A DNA stretch of 64,000 nucleotides. Source: Raillietiella orientalis (taxonomy: Eukaryota). This document shows, one piece after another, positions 63,400 to 64,000 of this stretch; position 1 is the first letter of the stretch, and each line of letters starts with the position of its first letter. Position numbers and translations under genes: made by a program. The notes beneath the pieces were generated by a model, which was not told the DNA's origin, searched no databases, and worked only from the letters and a program-made list of their open reading frames with translations. The stretch is from positions 1,116,001 through 1,180,000 of the forward strand of contig JAYWIR010000027.1 in NCBI GenBank assembly GCA_036172245.1, written 5' to 3'.

Positions 63400-64000
63400 T
63401 ATGTCCCTCTTTGCAGGATACGAAGGACCAATCCGCCAGCGGAGCAAAAACAACCGAAACCCTAAATCGCTGAACGTTCCCGTTTCGTCGGTGGAGTGAG
63501 GAACAGTGGGGAGGGTTCAAAGGATCATCAAGATGGGGACGAGGAGATGATATTCGGAAACCGAGCGCTAAATTGAGATGCTCCAAGGCGAGGAATCACG
63601 ATCTAGCGCTCTCTTGCTGACTCCACCGCACGCCACGGGACTCGAAGAGACATGGAAAGGGGGATACTTCGTTGCTGCCACACTGTGCACCGTATTTACC
63701 CTCAAGCGCTGATGACGAAGCCGGCTGAACGAAACACTCCATGTCTAAAACCTGTGGCGTGCATTCGAGGCCGTTGCCGTGGCAGCTGCTGCCCTGATAA
63801 GCGAGCCGCCATCCAAATGCAAGCTGCCCCTCTGGCTAGATGGGATTGGAAGTAAACTTCCAGGACTCAGAATCAAGGCTTCGGTTCCCTTTGGGGTTCC
63901 CTTCTGGTTGTGAAACTGGAACCGTCCTCCCCCTCGGGAGGGGGGGGGGGAATCCTCCATCGCAAACCATGAAACCGGTTGATACCTCCCTTGAGGGACT
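63400..64000 (-). mobile_element. L1/Tx1-like family fragment
   Basis: ccctttggggttcccttctggttgtgaaactgg (63887-63919) matches 34214-34246. LEHL remnant on the minus strand. Confidence 0.4.

Noticed and set aside
1..64000. CRISPR arrays, rRNA, tRNA, snRNA genes or prokaryotic operons
   Set aside because: No regularly spaced repeat-spacer array or recognisable structural RNA gene was seen; the genes are spliceosomal and eukaryotic.

Overview
Eukaryotic DNA from a metazoan, probably an invertebrate or arthropod; the species cannot be identified from this window. It has two sharply different compartments. Positions ~1-37 kb (and ~62-64 kb) are GC- and CpG-rich and gene-poor. They are filled with decayed L1/Tx1-like non-LTR retrotransposon fragments and contain one long-intron gene, a RAVER-family three-RRM splicing factor (25755-37088, +). 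Positions ~38-45 kb hold a decayed APE-type LINE and a Tigger/pogo transposase remnant. Positions ~45-59 kb are an AT-rich, CpG-depleted, very compact cluster of four genes in two convergent pairs: ACP1 (LMW-PTP, +) with WDR4/Trm82 (-), and ALS2/alsin (+) with CTDSP (-). Their introns are almost all 38-49 nt. All five gene models were spliced by hand and give intact reading frames. The most interesting signals are the ultra-short introns with unusual splice signals, probable long antisense 3'UTR overlaps, perfect intronic hairpins (one in CTDSP), a very long CU tract before a frameshifting RAVER exon, and an unexplained pair of 130-bp direct repeats. I found no clear-cut new multi-gene system. 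Transposon calls rest on motifs recognised by eye in decayed frames and are tentative.
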